DNA of 57,111 nucleotides from the IMG/VR virus record IMGVR_UViG_3300038552_000393, positions 1 through 57,111 of that record. One strand, 5' to 3'. Below the pieces are notes generated by a model that worked only from the letters and a program-made list of their open reading frames with translations, made no database searches and was not told the DNA's origin. A program made the translations under genes and the position numbers. The stretch's first letter is position 1. The number at the start of each line of letters is the position of its first letter. Below are positions 56,205 to 57,111 of this stretch, in pieces. This DNA is from a virus (lineage: Duplodnaviria > Caudoviricetes).

Positions 56205-56590
56205 CAGGGCGAAAGGTTTTTTACCTTAAGTAACTTATTGATTTAATTACGCTTGAAATCAACTCGATAAATCGAAAGGTTTTTGTAAAGCTTATAAATC
56301 AACATAACCATTTGAATTTAATCAGTTTGAAGTTTTGCAATGCTTTTCCGCAACAACCTTTCTTCTGGTTTCTTCATTTTATTTCTTCTGTTTTTTTTTC
56401 CACTCCTGCGATAGTTATAGGAAAAAAACATATAAAGAATTCAAATAAAATAAAATCAAGAAGTTAAGGCCTGTTTCAAAACTTCATAAACATTTCGCTT
56501 TTACCTATAAACCTTTCGCGTGTAATGAAAACAATTACTTATAAAATCGCCAGCGAAAGCTTTTGCATTTTGCAAATTGCGAAACACCCA
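56205..56590. other. Putative replication origin (AT-rich core with CGAAAGGTTT-like iterons)
   Basis: About five CGAAA(G/T)(G/C)TTT copies in both orientations around a very AT-rich, ORF-free stretch. Confidence 0.45.
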
Positions 56591-57111
56591 AAATACTTTA
56601 ACACCACATTGTGGCCTTTAGAAAATCAAATGGTGCCAGGATTCTGGTTAGCAGATCAAATTTTGAGCGGCGGCAGGCTGGATCGGTTGACAGGTTGAAG
56701 TGCGTTTGAAAGATCCTGGCTTCCTTTTTTGACATCCTTTAATAAAGAAAGGGGAGGCGGGGAGCGGGGAGCGGGTAAAATGAAAGCGCGGCAAAAACCT
56801 CCTCTTTCAAGGGGAGGCGGGGAAGAAGGGGAAAGCCAAAAAAGGAAGTCAGAATGCCCCCGCCGCGCACATACCTCTCGGCACGCATCGCAGGCGCAAC
56901 CTCACGCCCATCGTCCAACAAAACCGAGCAATGGGCATCCTGGACATCTATTTTATATCCTAATGGCCATGGCTGGACGGAGGCCGATTACAACGCACGT
57001 TTCTACGCGAATAACTCACGCCACGTCCGACCTAAACCCTTAATTATTCACGCAGCGGCGGCGGTCACATTTCATTTTTTTTGTGCCTTTTTTGTGCTCA
57101 AATTGGTGTGA

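Larger units (their letters stand above)
1..57111. mobile_element. Temperate podovirus-like prophage or phage genome, apparently near-complete
   Basis: Integrase, repressor/cro switch, primase-helicase, terminase, portal, capsid, tail adaptor/nozzle, ejection proteins and lysis genes are all present in modular order. No host housekeeping genes were recognised. Confidence 0.93.

Noticed and set aside
55819-57111. ORFs or a tRNA in the right-end region
   Set aside because: The ORFs lack convincing RBS and protein-like composition, and no cloverleaf or T-loop motif was identified.

Overview
The window is an apparently near-complete temperate, podovirus-like prophage of about 57 kb (short tail inferred from the absence of tape-measure and sheath genes). 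It is GC-rich, and nearly all genes lie on the minus strand. Read in the direction of transcription (right to left), it carries: an AT-rich non-coding end with iteron-like repeats; a serine resolvase; terminase small and large subunits; portal, scaffold, major capsid and decoration proteins; a first cassette of signal-peptide-bearing fibre/lyase proteins; adaptor, nozzle and ejection proteins; a ~4,200-aa DarB-like polyvalent protein (2H phosphoesterase, N6-methyltransferase, SNF2 helicase, HExxH peptidase); a second cassette of signal-peptide-bearing fibre/beta-helix proteins; a lysis module (GH108 endolysin, holins); a plus-strand island (repressor and three secreted moron genes including a thermonuclease); a cro/BRO early operon with DHH phosphoesterase, TraR/DksA, P4-type primase-helicase, HNH and C5-methyltransferase; and a tyrosine integrase at the left end. 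The most unusual signals are (i) seven predicted Sec-exported proteins with virion-fibre motifs in two parallel cassettes inside the structural operons, (ii) an Acb1-like domain and an overprinted nested gene inside the giant protein, (iii) a peptidase-less repressor with Arg-rich, c-di-GMP-type repeats, (iv) an array of alternating palindromes in the early operon, and (v) a conserved element shared upstream of the two late gene blocks. All calls come from reading motifs by eye; no database searches were run.
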